Source: Gemmatimonadota bacterium (GTDB lineage Bacteria; Gemmatimonadota; Gemmatimonadetes; Longimicrobiales; Gaopeijiaceae). Taken from it: DNA of 64,000 nucleotides. The translations under genes were made by a program, and so were the position numbers. The first letter of the stretch is position 1; every line of letters begins with the position of its first letter. Under the pieces are notes generated by a model. The model was not told the origin of the DNA. It did no database searches and saw only the letters and a program-made list of their open reading frames with translations. This document shows positions 1 to 9,775 of the stretch, piece by piece. The DNA lies in contig JBDHHQ010000008.1 in assembly GCA_039589315.1 (NCBI GenBank), forward strand, positions 32,001 through 96,000. The letters run 5' to 3'.

Positions 1-2
1 CC

Positions 3-1616
3 TTCGTCAGAAAGCGCCTGGGGCTCGACTTCGTCGATGCGGTGAAGCACGTGGCGCAACGCACGGGCATTCCGGTCCGCGAAGTGCAGTCCGGGCGTTC
101 CGACGACCCGCTGCGGCCGTTGCGGGAGGCGATGGCGTTCGCCCGGGACTTCTTCGCTGAGCGGCTCTGGAGCTGGAAGGGGGGTGAGCTTGCCCGCGAT
201 TACCTCTCGACCCGCGGGATTCGGAGGGAGACCGCCGAGCGTTTCGGGCTGGGATTCTCGCCACCCGAATGGCGCGCCCTGCGTGAGGCCGCGGGCAAAC
301 ATGGTCTCGAAGACGACCTTCTCGAGGAGGTCGGGCTCCTGGTCAGGGGCGAGAGGCGAGACGCTCCCTATGACCGTTTCCGTGGCCGGCTCATGTTTCC
401 CATCGAGGACGGCGCCGGTAGGGTCGTGGCGTTCGGCGGTCGTGTCATGCCCGGGGTCACGGCCGGGGGAGGCAAGGGCAAATACGTCAACTCGCCCGAG
501 ACGCCGCTGTACCACAAGGGTCGTATCCTCTACGGCTTGTCGTGGGCCAAGAACGCGATCCGCCGGGAGCAGTCGGTCCTGGTGGTGGAGGGCTACATGG
601 ACGTCGTGTCCGTGGCCTCCGCCGGCGTCGAACACGTCGTGGCGGCGTCGGGGACGTCCTTGACCGAGGAGCAGGCCGAATTGCTGAAGCGGTACAGCAA
701 ACAGGTCTACCTCCTGTTCGACAGCGATCGTGCCGGCCTGCGGGCCACGTTCCGGGCCGGCGACACGCTCCTGGCCGCCGGCCTTCACCCGTCGGTGGTC
801 ACCCTTCCTCCGGCCGAGGATCCAGACAGCATCGTGCGGGCGCAAGGAGCCGAAGGGCTCCGTACCTACGTCGGCGACGCGGTCGATATCCTGGACCGGA
901 AGCTGCAGATCCTCGAGGAGCACGACTACTTCTCGAACATCGAGCGGACACGGAACGCCGTCGACCGCCTGCTGCCCACGGTGCGGGCCGCCCGCGACCC
1001 GGCCTTGCGAGACATCTACGTCGCCAAGGTGGCCGACAAGACAGGTGTCAGGCGGGAGACCCTGGAGGCGGAGCTCCTTCGTGAGGGCACGACGCGCCGG
1101 GCCCCCCGCCCGGGTACTCCACCCCCATCCCGCGACCGGAGCGCGTACCGACTGCCGAAGATGGGAGCGGAGCGCACAGTTCTCTTGTTGATGGTCCGAC
1201 GCCGGGAGTGGGTCGAGCGGGCAGCCGAGCACGTGGGCCCGGAGGACTTCCACGATGCATCGTATCGGGCGATCTTCGACGCGTTGGTGCACGATCCGGA
1301 GCTGGCCCGCCCACCGGAAGGCATGGATTCGACGGCAGCCCGGCGACTCGAGGGCCTGCTCACGGACCCGGAGGAACTCTCCCACGCGGAGCGGGTCTTT
1401 CAGGACTCGATTCATCGCCTGAAGCACGGTAGCCGGGAAGCGGCCATCCGAGAGCTCGAACAGCGCCTGGAGGGCGCGGACAGCTTCGAGGAGAAGCAGC
1501 GCCTTCTGAAGGAGATGCAGGATCTTCGGGCATCGACCAGAGACGAACGGGACTGGCTTCCGACCGTACGTCAGGCCCTGGAGCGAAAGCGGTCTCCGAT
1601 GGCGGACGGCCCCTGA
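3..1616 (+). CDS. dnaG: DNA primase (5' truncated by window edge)
   Basis: Frame is open from the window start (FVRKRLGLDFVDAVKHVA). Motifs YDRFRGRLMFPI, KYVNSPET and TOPRIM VVEGYMDV...FDSDRAG. Confidence 0.97.
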   Translation, partial: FVRKRLGLDFVDAVKHVAQRTGIPVREVQSGRSDDPLRPLREAMAFARDFFAERLWSWKGGELARDYLSTRGIRRETAERFGLGFSPPEWRALREAAGKHGLEDDLLEEVGLLVRGERRDAPYDRFRGRLMFPIEDGAGRVVAFGGRVMPGVTAGGGKGKYVNSPETPLYHKGRILYGLSWAKNAIRREQSVLVVEGYMDVVSVASAGVEHVVAASGTSLTEEQAELLKRYSKQVYLLFDSDRAGLRATFRAGDTLLAAGLHPSVVTLPPAEDPDSIVRAQGAEGLRTYVGDAVDILDRKLQILEEHDYFSNIERTRNAVDRLLPTVRAARDPALRDIYVAKVADKTGVRRETLEAELLREGTTRRAPRPGTPPPSRDRSAYRLPKMGAERTVLLLMVRRREWVERAAEHVGPEDFHDASYRAIFDALVHDPELARPPEGMDSTAARRLEGLLTDPEELSHAERVFQDSIHRLKHGSREAAIRELEQRLEGADSFEEKQRLLKEMQDLRASTRDERDWLPTVRQALERKRSPMADGP

Positions 1617-1638
1617 GGCGACACCAGAAGCGAGGACC

Positions 1639-2364
1639 ATGACCGAGAACACACGAATCTCCTTACGCGAGCTCCAGAGGCTCGACACCGACATCCGCGA
1701 AGCCCGGGAGCAGGTGGCCGGGTTCGCGCCCTTGCTGGAAGAAGTGGAGGAGCCGGCGGCGGCGTTGGAGTCGGAGGTGGAGAGCACACGTAAGCGCCTT
1801 CGTGAGATTCGCCTGGAGGAGCGGCGCCTCGAGCTGTCGGCGGACGAGAAGCGGGCTCGCTCCAAGCGCCTGCAGGACCGCCTCAACACGGTGCGTAACC
1901 TCAGGGAGGAGGCGGCCGTTCACGCCGAGCTCGACCTGGTCCGCCGGGCGCTCGAAGGTGACGAGCAGGAGGCCCTGGGGCTTCTGGACCAGATTCGCAA
2001 GCTCGAGGAACGGCTGGAAGAGCTGGAGGCCGAGCTCGGCGCCGCTCAGGCCGAGGTCGAGCCGAGGCGCGACGAGCTCCTGGCCCAGCAGGCGGCCGCC
2101 GGCACTCGACTCGAAGAGCTCATCGCGCAGCGCGACGCCTTCGCCGAGCAGATCGACAGCGGGGAGCGCCGCCTGTACGAGAGCATCAAGGCAGGGGGGC
2201 GGACCGTGGTCGTCGCCGAGCTCACGGTCGACGGTGCTTGCGGTCACTGCTTCAGCATGATCCCGCTCCAGGTCCAGGCCAACGTACGCTCGGGAGCGGA
2301 TGTGATCCGCTGCGAGGCGTGCGGTGTCATACTCGCCGCCGCGGTGGGCGGAGACGATGCGTGA
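1639..2364 (+). CDS. Coiled-coil protein with C-terminal C4 zinc ribbon (CT398/HP0958-like)
   Basis: Long coiled coil followed by CGHC...CEACGVIL; RBS GAGGA before the ATG. Confidence 0.9.
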   Translation: MTENTRISLRELQRLDTDIREAREQVAGFAPLLEEVEEPAAALESEVESTRKRLREIRLEERRLELSADEKRARSKRLQDRLNTVRNLREEAAVHAELDLVRRALEGDEQEALGLLDQIRKLEERLEELEAELGAAQAEVEPRRDELLAQQAAAGTRLEELIAQRDAFAEQIDSGERRLYESIKAGGRTVVVAELTVDGACGHCFSMIPLQVQANVRSGADVIRCEACGVILAAAVGGDDA

Positions 2365-4121
2365 GCGGAGGCGACCTCGCCACCCCACCGGTTCTCGCAC
2401 CGGCGCCCCAGCCTTCCTGGCGCACCCCTGACCCACCTGACGAGCACGCGATCTCCCACCTTCAGACAGCGCTGCGCCTCCCCCGCGCTCTCTGCGCCGT
2501 CCTCGTAGCCCGGGGACTGAGCGAAGAGACGGCGGCCAAGGCCTACCTTCGCCCCCTCCTCGACGGCCTTCACCCACCTTCGGGCCTACCCGACGCCGAT
2601 CGGGCGGCAGACCGACTTCTCGAAGCGATCCGTGGTGGTGAGCAGGTGCTGGTCCACGGCGACTACGACGTGGACGGGGTGTCCGGCGTGGCGCTCCTGA
2701 CGAGGTGGATCCGGCGTCTGGGCGGCCGCGTAACCCCGTTCGTGCCGCATCGAGTCCGCGACGGTTACGACTTCGGGCCTGCGGGCCTCCGTGTGGCCCA
2801 GGAGGCCGGTGCCCACTTGATCGTCACCGTGGACTGCGGGATCACGGCCCTCGAGGCGGTAGCCCGCGCACGCTCGATGGGGATCGACGTGATCGTGACG
2901 GACCATCACACGCCGGGCCCATCGCTTCCACCGGCCCTGGCGGTGGTCAACCCCCAGCTCCCCGACTCCACCTATCCCAATCGGGGCCTGTGCGGCGCCG
3001 CTGTGGCGTTCAAGCTCTGTCAGCTCCTGGCCCAGGCCCATGGGGTGGAGGACGAGGAGCTCTATGCGTCCCTGGACCTGGTGGCGCTGGCGACCATCGC
3101 CGACCTGGTGCCGCTGGACGGAGAGAACCGCATCCTGGCACGCTATGGCCTCAGGGCGATGGCGAGTACGACGAATCCCGGCCTGCGAGCCCTGCTCGCC
3201 AGCTCGAGGCTGGACAGAGGACCCATCGACGCCGGCAAGGTGGGGTTCATCCTGGCTCCCCGGATCAACGCCGTCGGCCGGATGGGGGCGGCTGCTACGG
3301 CCCTCGACCTGCTGCTCACCGAGGACGAGGACGAAGCGGCCCGTCTGGCCGACACGTTGGAGGAGCAGAACCGCATCCGCAGGGAGGAGGACCGACGGAC
3401 CCTGGATCAAGCCCTGGGACTGCTGGCCGCCGACTACGAGCCCGAGCGGGATTTCGGTGTGGTGCTGGGTGCAGAGGGCTGGCATCCTGGCGTCATCGGC
3501 ATCGTCGCGTCCAGGGTGGTCGAGCGCATCCACCGACCCACGGTGCTCGTGGCGTTCCAGGGGGCGGACGGTCGGGGCAGCGCCCGGTCGATCCCCGGGT
3601 TCCACCTCTACGACGCGGTTCGAGCGTGCTCCGGGCACCTGACCCGCTTCGGCGGCCACCGTCAAGCAGCGGGCATGGACCTCCGGCGCACGTCCCTGGA
3701 GGCGTTCAAGACGGCCTTCAACGAGGAGGCGAGGAGCAGGCTCGAGGGCGTGTCTCCGAAGCCCAGAATCCAGGCTGACCTGGAGGTGAGCCTCGACGAC
3801 GTGACCCTCGAGATGGCCCACTACCTGCAATACATGGGACCGTTCGGCATCTCCAATCGGAAGCCCGTCTTCTTGGCCCGGAACGTGGAGTTGACGGCGC
3901 CGCCGAACCTGGTAAAGGGAGAGCATCTGGGGCTCAGGCTCGGCCAGGACCGGGCGAGGCTCCGAGCCATCGGATTCGGGATCGCCCACCGGGTTCCTCC
4001 CGAAGCCCTCGGCATGGGGCCGGTGGACCTGGTCTTTCAGGTCGCCGAGCGTGAGTTCCGGGGATCGCGCGCCTTGCAGGCCCGGGTCCTCGACGTGCGC
4101 CCGTCGGCGGGAGCGCCGTGA
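2361..4121 (+). CDS. recJ: ssDNA-specific exonuclease RecJ
   Basis: HGDYDVDG, TVDCG, TDHH, APRINAVGR, GSARS and GGHxxAAG motifs; GTGA overlap with the upstream stop. Confidence 0.97.
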   Translation: MSGGDLATPPVLAPAPQPSWRTPDPPDEHAISHLQTALRLPRALCAVLVARGLSEETAAKAYLRPLLDGLHPPSGLPDADRAADRLLEAIRGGEQVLVHGDYDVDGVSGVALLTRWIRRLGGRVTPFVPHRVRDGYDFGPAGLRVAQEAGAHLIVTVDCGITALEAVARARSMGIDVIVTDHHTPGPSLPPALAVVNPQLPDSTYPNRGLCGAAVAFKLCQLLAQAHGVEDEELYASLDLVALATIADLVPLDGENRILARYGLRAMASTTNPGLRALLASSRLDRGPIDAGKVGFILAPRINAVGRMGAAATALDLLLTEDEDEAARLADTLEEQNRIRREEDRRTLDQALGLLAADYEPERDFGVVLGAEGWHPGVIGIVASRVVERIHRPTVLVAFQGADGRGSARSIPGFHLYDAVRACSGHLTRFGGHRQAAGMDLRRTSLEAFKTAFNEEARSRLEGVSPKPRIQADLEVSLDDVTLEMAHYLQYMGPFGISNRKPVFLARNVELTAPPNLVKGEHLGLRLGQDRARLRAIGFGIAHRVPPEALGMGPVDLVFQVAEREFRGSRALQARVLDVRPSAGAP

Positions 4122-4645
4122 GGATCATCGCCGGCCGCTGGCGGGGCCACCGCATCAAGGCCCCCCGGGGTCGGGACGTACGCCCTACCACCGACCGGGT
4201 GAGGGAAGCGTGGATGTCGGCCATCGGCGGATCGGTGGTGGGGGCCTCCGTGCTGGACCTCTTCGCGGGCTCCGGCGCCCTCGGGCTGGAGGCGCTCAGC
4301 CGCGGCGCCGACCGTGTGGTCTTCGTCGAGCGGGCTCGGGGGGCACTCCTGGCCCTGGAGTCCAACGTCGTTCTGCTGGGGGCGCAGGAGGCCTGTCGCG
4401 TGGTGCGCGCGGACGCGCTGGCCTTCGTCGCCGACCTCGACGCCGAGGCGTTCGACCTGGCACTCGCGGATCCGCCCTACGGCCGAGGGCTGGCCGCTCA
4501 GCTCATGCAGCGCTTTCTCGAGAGACCGTTTGCGCGAGAGCTTTGGGTCGAGCATCGTACGTCGGAGGACGTACTGGAAGCTCCCGGCCTTCGGCATCGG
4601 AGGTATGGGGACACGACGCTCACCCACCTGGTCGCAGCTTCATGA
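4118..4645 (+). CDS. rsmD: 16S rRNA m2G966 methyltransferase
   Basis: MRIIAG...RPTTDRVRE, LDLFAGSGALGLEALSRGA, DPPY. Confidence 0.95.
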   Translation: MRIIAGRWRGHRIKAPRGRDVRPTTDRVREAWMSAIGGSVVGASVLDLFAGSGALGLEALSRGADRVVFVERARGALLALESNVVLLGAQEACRVVRADALAFVADLDAEAFDLALADPPYGRGLAAQLMQRFLERPFARELWVEHRTSEDVLEAPGLRHRRYGDTTLTHLVAAS

Positions 4646-5139
4646 CGCCCACGCGCCCACTCATAGCGCTCTATCCCGGGTCCTTCGATCCCATCACGCG
4701 AGGTCACGAGGACATCGCCCGCCGGACTCTGGGGCTCGCCGACCGCCTCATCGTGGCCGTGGCGGCCACGGCCAGCCAGTCCAAGAGCAGCCTGTTCACC
4801 CTCGAGGAGCGCCTCGAGCTGATCGGTGAGGTCTTCTCCGACGAGGAGCGAATCGAGTGCCGGACCTTCGAGGGGTTGCTCGTGGACTTCGCGAGGGACG
4901 TGGGCGCCCGCTTCGTGATCCGTGGCTTGCGGGCCGTCTCCGATTTCGAGTACGAGTTCCAGATGGCACAGATGAACCGTGAGCTCTGGAGCGACATCGA
5001 GACGCTGTTCCTGACACCCGACCTGCACTACTCGTTTCTGTCCGCGTCGCTGGTGCGGCAGGTGGCCGCCCTCGGCGGCGACGTCACTCCCTTCGTCTCT
5101 GCCCCGGTGCTTCGGCGTCTGGAGAAGAAGCTGGGCTGA
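4642..5139 (+). CDS. coaD: Pantetheine-phosphate adenylyltransferase
   Basis: YPGSFDPITRGH, RGLRAVSDFEYEFQMA; ATGA overlap with rsmD. Confidence 0.97.
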   Translation: MTPTRPLIALYPGSFDPITRGHEDIARRTLGLADRLIVAVAATASQSKSSLFTLEERLELIGEVFSDEERIECRTFEGLLVDFARDVGARFVIRGLRAVSDFEYEFQMAQMNRELWSDIETLFLTPDLHYSFLSASLVRQVAALGGDVTPFVSAPVLRRLEKKLG

Positions 5140-6122
5140 TGGGGTTCCTGCAGGCCCTCCGTGACCGGGCCGGCGCACACCCCCGGACCCTGGTCTTCGC
5201 CGAAGGTCATGACTCCCGTGTCCGGGAGGCGTGTGTCCAGCTCGCCCGGTCGGGACTGGCCAGGCCCGTCGTCCTGGGACCGGGAGATCCGCCGGCGGGT
5301 CTGGCGGGGGGGGCGGACCTCGGCGAGCCCGAGTGGCTCGACCCTTCCCAGGGCGACGCCGACCGATACGCCGAAGTCTACCGGCGTACGCGGGCGGCGC
5401 GCTCGCGCGGCGAATCCCACGTCCGGCGGGCCGTGCAGGACCCTCTGGTGCGAGGGGCCCTCATGGTAGCCATGGGGGAGGCCGACGGCATGGTGGCGGG
5501 CCTGACCTATGCGACGGCCGACGTGGTGCGCGCCGGCATTCGCTGCATCGGACCGGCGGAAGGCATCCGCACCGTGTCGTCGTCGTTTTACATGGTGGTC
5601 CCGCCGTTCCGCTCCGACCAGGAGGAGGTCCTGACCTTCACCGACGCCGGGGTTGTCCCGGACCCGGATGCCGAGCAGCTCGCCGAGATCGCCATGGCCG
5701 CCGCCCGGGCGCGCCGCCTGGTGGTGGGAGACGACCCGCGCGTGGCCTTCCTGTCGTACTCGACCCGGGGGAGCGCGGCGGGGGCCTCGGTGGAGCGTGT
5801 GGTCGAGGCGCTGGACATCTTCCGCAGCCGCATGCCCGACGTCCCGGCCGACGGCGAGCTGCAGGCCGACGCCGCGCTGGTGGCTTCGGTGGCGGACCGG
5901 AAGGCACCCCGTTCCGAGGTGGCTGGCCACGCCAACACCCTGGTCTTCCCAGACCTCGACGCCGCCAACATCGCCTACAAGCTGGTCCAGCGGCTGGCCC
6001 ACGCGACGGCGTTGGGCCCCATCCTCCAGGGCCTCTCTCGCCCGTGCAACGACCTCTCGCGAGGGGCTAGCGCGCAGGACGTAGTGGACGTGGCGTGCAT
6101 CACCGCGCTCATGGCCGGGTGA
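5139..6122 (+). CDS. pta: Phosphate acetyltransferase (single domain)
   Basis: VAFLSYSTRGS, DGELQADAAL, FPDLDAANIAYKL, NDLSRG. Confidence 0.92.
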   Translation: MGFLQALRDRAGAHPRTLVFAEGHDSRVREACVQLARSGLARPVVLGPGDPPAGLAGGADLGEPEWLDPSQGDADRYAEVYRRTRAARSRGESHVRRAVQDPLVRGALMVAMGEADGMVAGLTYATADVVRAGIRCIGPAEGIRTVSSSFYMVVPPFRSDQEEVLTFTDAGVVPDPDAEQLAEIAMAAARARRLVVGDDPRVAFLSYSTRGSAAGASVERVVEALDIFRSRMPDVPADGELQADAALVASVADRKAPRSEVAGHANTLVFPDLDAANIAYKLVQRLAHATALGPILQGLSRPCNDLSRGASAQDVVDVACITALMAG

Positions 6123-6229
6123 CGAGGCGCAGCGGGGTGGCGGTGGCTCGAGGCGTCGCCTCGCCGGCGGAGCGCACCTGTTTCCGGCCGACGGAGCCAC
6201 CCGCGTCGGGCCTCTCGGCAGCGATCGCC

Positions 6230-6259
6230 TTGCATGGGACGCCCCGCTTCTTATATCGT
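6230..6259 (+). promoter_or_regulatory. Possible sigma70-type promoter for the rsbV/W/U-like operon
   Basis: TTGCAT, 18-nt spacer, TATCGT in a locally AT-rich patch upstream of the STAS gene. Confidence 0.35.
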
Positions 6260-6378
6260 TTTTCGATGTTTTGTCGCGGGATCGCACTCTGATTCGGTGA
6301 CCTGCCGACCCGGTCGGAGGTGACGGGCGAGGTTTCCCAGGTCCATCGGACGCTTTACGGAAAGGTCGCGGGAAACGG

Positions 6379-6711
6379 ATGAGCTTTCAGGTCAACAGGG
6401 AAGGCAACGTCACCGTCGTCGACGTGGAAGGACAGCTGATCGTCGGTAACCGCCAGGAGCTCAAGCAGAAGGTGCTCGAGGAGCTCGAGGGCGGGGAGCG
6501 GACGTTCGTGATCGACTTCGAGAACACTGGCTACATCGATTCGTCCGGTCTCGGCGTCCTCGTGAGCCTGTCGAAGAAGATCCGGGAGCAGGGCGGAGAG
6601 CTCCGTCTCGCCGGGTTGAACGAGGACCTGCGCACGCTCTTCGAGCTCACCAAGCTCGATACCCTGTTCAAGATCGCCGACACCCGATCGGAAGCTCTCC
6701 AGGGGCTCTGA
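6379..6711 (+). CDS. STAS-domain anti-sigma factor antagonist (RsbV/SpoIIAA-like)
   Basis: 110 aa with the YIDSSGLGVL phospho-serine motif and LFELTKLD. Confidence 0.95.
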   Translation: MSFQVNREGNVTVVDVEGQLIVGNRQELKQKVLEELEGGERTFVIDFENTGYIDSSGLGVLVSLSKKIREQGGELRLAGLNEDLRTLFELTKLDTLFKIADTRSEALQGL

Positions 6712-6836
6712 TCTCCGACGGAGGCCAACCGGCCCCGACCCCGCGCAGGAGACGTATGACTCGATCCCGCGGACCCGGCCCGCCGACTTCGAGGCCGCTC
6801 GTAGAGCGTGCTCCGAAGGGGAGGAAGACCCGGTAG

Positions 6837-7307
6837 ATGGACCGAGAACTCGTCCTCGAGCTCCCCAGCGACGTGCGCACCATCGAGCATGCGGTCTCGT
6901 ACGTCATGGCCCGATGTGCCGTGTGCGAGATCGCTGCGAGGAAGCTCGACCTCAACCTCCGCGTAGGACTCACCGAGGCGCTGTCCAACGCCATGCTGTA
7001 CGGCAACGCCGAGGACCCGGCGAAGCGCGTGCGCGTCGAGATCTCCCTCGAGGCCGGGTCCATCACGGCTCGCATCACCGACCAGGGCGACGGCTTCGAC
7101 CCCGGCGCCGTACCCGATCCGCGGACGCCCCGGAATCTGGTTGGCGAGAGCGGTCGGGGGCTGTTCCTGATGCGCGAGCTCCTGGATGAGGTCCACTACA
7201 ACGAGCGGGGCAACTCCGTGACGCTCGTTCTTCGTGTCGAGGCGAGCGTGGTCCAGGAGCTTTCCGAACCCCCGGACGCCGGCGGATGTCCTGGGGCCAC
7301 GGCATGA
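6837..7307 (+). CDS. Anti-sigma factor serine kinase (RsbW-like, HATPase_c_2)
   Basis: EALSNAMLYGN, DQGDGFD, GRGLFLM. Confidence 0.93.
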   Translation: MDRELVLELPSDVRTIEHAVSYVMARCAVCEIAARKLDLNLRVGLTEALSNAMLYGNAEDPAKRVRVEISLEAGSITARITDQGDGFDPGAVPDPRTPRNLVGESGRGLFLMRELLDEVHYNERGNSVTLVLRVEASVVQELSEPPDAGGCPGATA

Positions 7308-8905
7308 CCTCGGACGCTCCGACACGGGATCCCCTGCCGGAGTCCGTCCTCCTCACACTCCAAGAGTTCCGGAGTCGCCTGGGTGTGGATCTGCACCTCT
7401 GGCAGACGCTGCCCGACGGCTGCCCGGCGCATGTCTTCCCGGCCGACGGGATCGCGCCGGATCGGGCGGACCCGGCGACCTCGGTGCGCCGCTCGCTCGC
7501 CCCGAGAGGCGGTCCGCCGCTCGAGCTCGAGATCAGGAACGCCGAGGGCGATCGGACAGAGGCCCTGGCGGAGGCCCTGGGAGCGACGCTCGAGCGGACC
7601 TACGAGGCCGCGCAGGAGATCCGCTTCTTCACCTACGAGATCTCCGAGCGGTACGAGGAGATCAACCTGCTCTACTCCATCAGCGAGACCCTCGGATCGA
7701 TCCTCGATCTGAAGGAAGCGGCCCGGAACATCCTGACGGAGGTTTCCGACGTGCTGGGGGCCCGGCGTGGCTCCCTGTGGGTGCACGCTCCCGAAGCCCA
7801 CGAGTTGAGGCTCACCGCGTGGGTCGGAGAGAAGGGGCTCCAGGGCCCGCTCTCGGTGGACGATCCCCAGGCCGTCACCGCCCAGGTCTTCCGGGAAGGG
7901 CGCTCTCTCATCGTGGCCGCGGGTGCCTCGGCCAGCGAGGGGGGACCGGGTGCGGCGGGATCCGGCGATGAGGCGGCCGGGCCCGAGTCCCACCTCTCCG
8001 TTCCCATTCGCTACACGGCGCCCTCCGGGAGCGCCAAGACGGTAGGCGTCTTGAACCTCGTCGGTCGGCGCCGGGGCGGCCGCTTCACCGCCAGCGACCA
8101 GAAGCTCCTCTCCGCCATCGCGAGCCAGGTCGGCGCGGCGTTGGAGAACAACCGGCTGATCCAGGAGAGCCTCGCCCAGGAGCGGGTCGCCCGAGAGATG
8201 GAGCTGGCCCACGACCTTCAGATGAAGCTGATGCCTCCGTTGGACAGAGCGGACGGGACTCGCGTCGCGGGCCGGGTTGAGCCGGCGGTCTCGGTCGGTG
8301 GAGACCTCTACCACCTGTTCGAGCTCGAGGCGGGTCGCCTCGGCTTGATGATCGGCGACGTGTCGGGCCACGGCTTCCCGGCGGCGCTCATCATGGCCCT
8401 GTCGCTGAGCGCGGCGAGCATCTATGCCTCGGCTTCGGAGACCCCGTGCCGGGTCCTTCGGCAGATGGACGACGCGCTGCGGGACGAGTTGGAAAGCACC
8501 GAGACCTACCTGACCGCGTTCTACTGCATCCTGGATCCGGAGGCCGGCACGCTTTCGTACTGCAACGCTGGACACCCGCACGCGTTCGTGATCCATGACG
8601 ACGGTTCCGTCGATCGACTGGCCGCCACGGATCCGCCCATCGGAATCGCCGGGCCGGACGCGTACAACCAGCGAACCGTGCACTGGGCCCGGGACCGGGA
8701 TTGCCTCTTCCTGTTCACGGACGGGCTCTCCGACACCCTGGCGGCCGAGGCTCCGGGAAGCGGGGAGGACTTCGTCGTGAACCAGGTGGTGCGTCGACGG
8801 CGTGCGACGCCCGACCAGATCGTGGACGAGTTGCTGGCCATGGCCAGGGAGGCCACGCCGACGGTCCCGGCCGACGACCGCACCGCGATCGTCCTCAAGT
8901 CCTGA
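7304..8905 (+). CDS. GAF + PP2C/SpoIIE serine phosphatase (RsbU-like)
   Basis: GAF region followed by GGDLY, GDVSGHG, NAGH, FTDGL and DDRT. Confidence 0.93.
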   Translation: MTSDAPTRDPLPESVLLTLQEFRSRLGVDLHLWQTLPDGCPAHVFPADGIAPDRADPATSVRRSLAPRGGPPLELEIRNAEGDRTEALAEALGATLERTYEAAQEIRFFTYEISERYEEINLLYSISETLGSILDLKEAARNILTEVSDVLGARRGSLWVHAPEAHELRLTAWVGEKGLQGPLSVDDPQAVTAQVFREGRSLIVAAGASASEGGPGAAGSGDEAAGPESHLSVPIRYTAPSGSAKTVGVLNLVGRRRGGRFTASDQKLLSAIASQVGAALENNRLIQESLAQERVAREMELAHDLQMKLMPPLDRADGTRVAGRVEPAVSVGGDLYHLFELEAGRLGLMIGDVSGHGFPAALIMALSLSAASIYASASETPCRVLRQMDDALRDELESTETYLTAFYCILDPEAGTLSYCNAGHPHAFVIHDDGSVDRLAATDPPIGIAGPDAYNQRTVHWARDRDCLFLFTDGLSDTLAAEAPGSGEDFVVNQVVRRRRATPDQIVDELLAMAREATPTVPADDRTAIVLKS

Positions 8906-8928
8906 CGCTTCCCCCCGCCACCCACGCC

Positions 8929-9771
8929 GTGCGTGCACGCCCGTCCGAGCCCCACCGACCCAAGAAGAGCCTCGGCCAGAACTTCCTGATCGATCCCAAT
9001 CTCCAACGGAAGATCGTGGCTGCTCTCGCTCCGGGCCCCGATGACGAGATCCTGGAGATCGGCCCGGGACGAGGTGCGCTCACGGACCACCTGGTGGGCA
9101 TGCCCCGCCGGCTCACCCTGGTCGAGCTTGACGATCGCTTGAGCGAGGAGCTGCAGGTTCGGTACGAAGGGCGAGCCGACGTACACGTCGTGCACGCCGA
9201 CTTCCTGAAGGTGGATATCCGGTCCCTGACCGAACGCCCGGAGGAGCTCAAGGTGGTGGGGAACATCCCCTACAACGTCACTGCACCCATCGTGTTCAGG
9301 CTCCTGGAGCCGCCGCGGCCAGCCGAGATCGTCCTCATGGTCCAGCGGGAGGTCGCGCAGCGCATGGCGGCCTCGCCGGGGACGGCCGAATACGGTGCAC
9401 TGACCGTGGGCGTCCAGTCGGTGGCCCGAGTCGAGACCCTGTTCAAGGTGCCCCGAACGGCATTTCGTCCCGTGCCCCGGGTGGACTCCAGCGTGGTCAG
9501 ACTCGTGCCGCGGCGCCCGGCGCCCATGTCTCCCGAAGAGGAGGCCCGTCTCCGGGAGCTCACGAGGGTGGCATTCGGATGGCGCCGCAAACAGTTTCAG
9601 AAAACTCTCAGGGATCATCCCCGGTATCGCCTTCCCCGGGAGGCGGTGGAGCGTCTGGAAGCCGAATCCGGCCTCGACCTGACGGGTCGCCCGGAGACCT
9701 TCTCGCCGGGCTCGTTTCTCACGCTGTCCAGGCTCCTCGCCAGGGCCGGGCCCCACCCGAACGAGGCATGA
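8929..9771 (+). CDS. rsmA: 16S rRNA dimethyladenosine transferase
   Basis: [41 protein letters not shown]; start codon approximate. Confidence 0.96.
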   Translation: MRARPSEPHRPKKSLGQNFLIDPNLQRKIVAALAPGPDDEILEIGPGRGALTDHLVGMPRRLTLVELDDRLSEELQVRYEGRADVHVVHADFLKVDIRSLTERPEELKVVGNIPYNVTAPIVFRLLEPPRPAEIVLMVQREVAQRMAASPGTAEYGALTVGVQSVARVETLFKVPRTAFRPVPRVDSSVVRLVPRRPAPMSPEEEARLRELTRVAFGWRRKQFQKTLRDHPRYRLPREAVERLEAESGLDLTGRPETFSPGSFLTLSRLLARAGPHPNEA

Positions 9772-9775
9772 CGGC

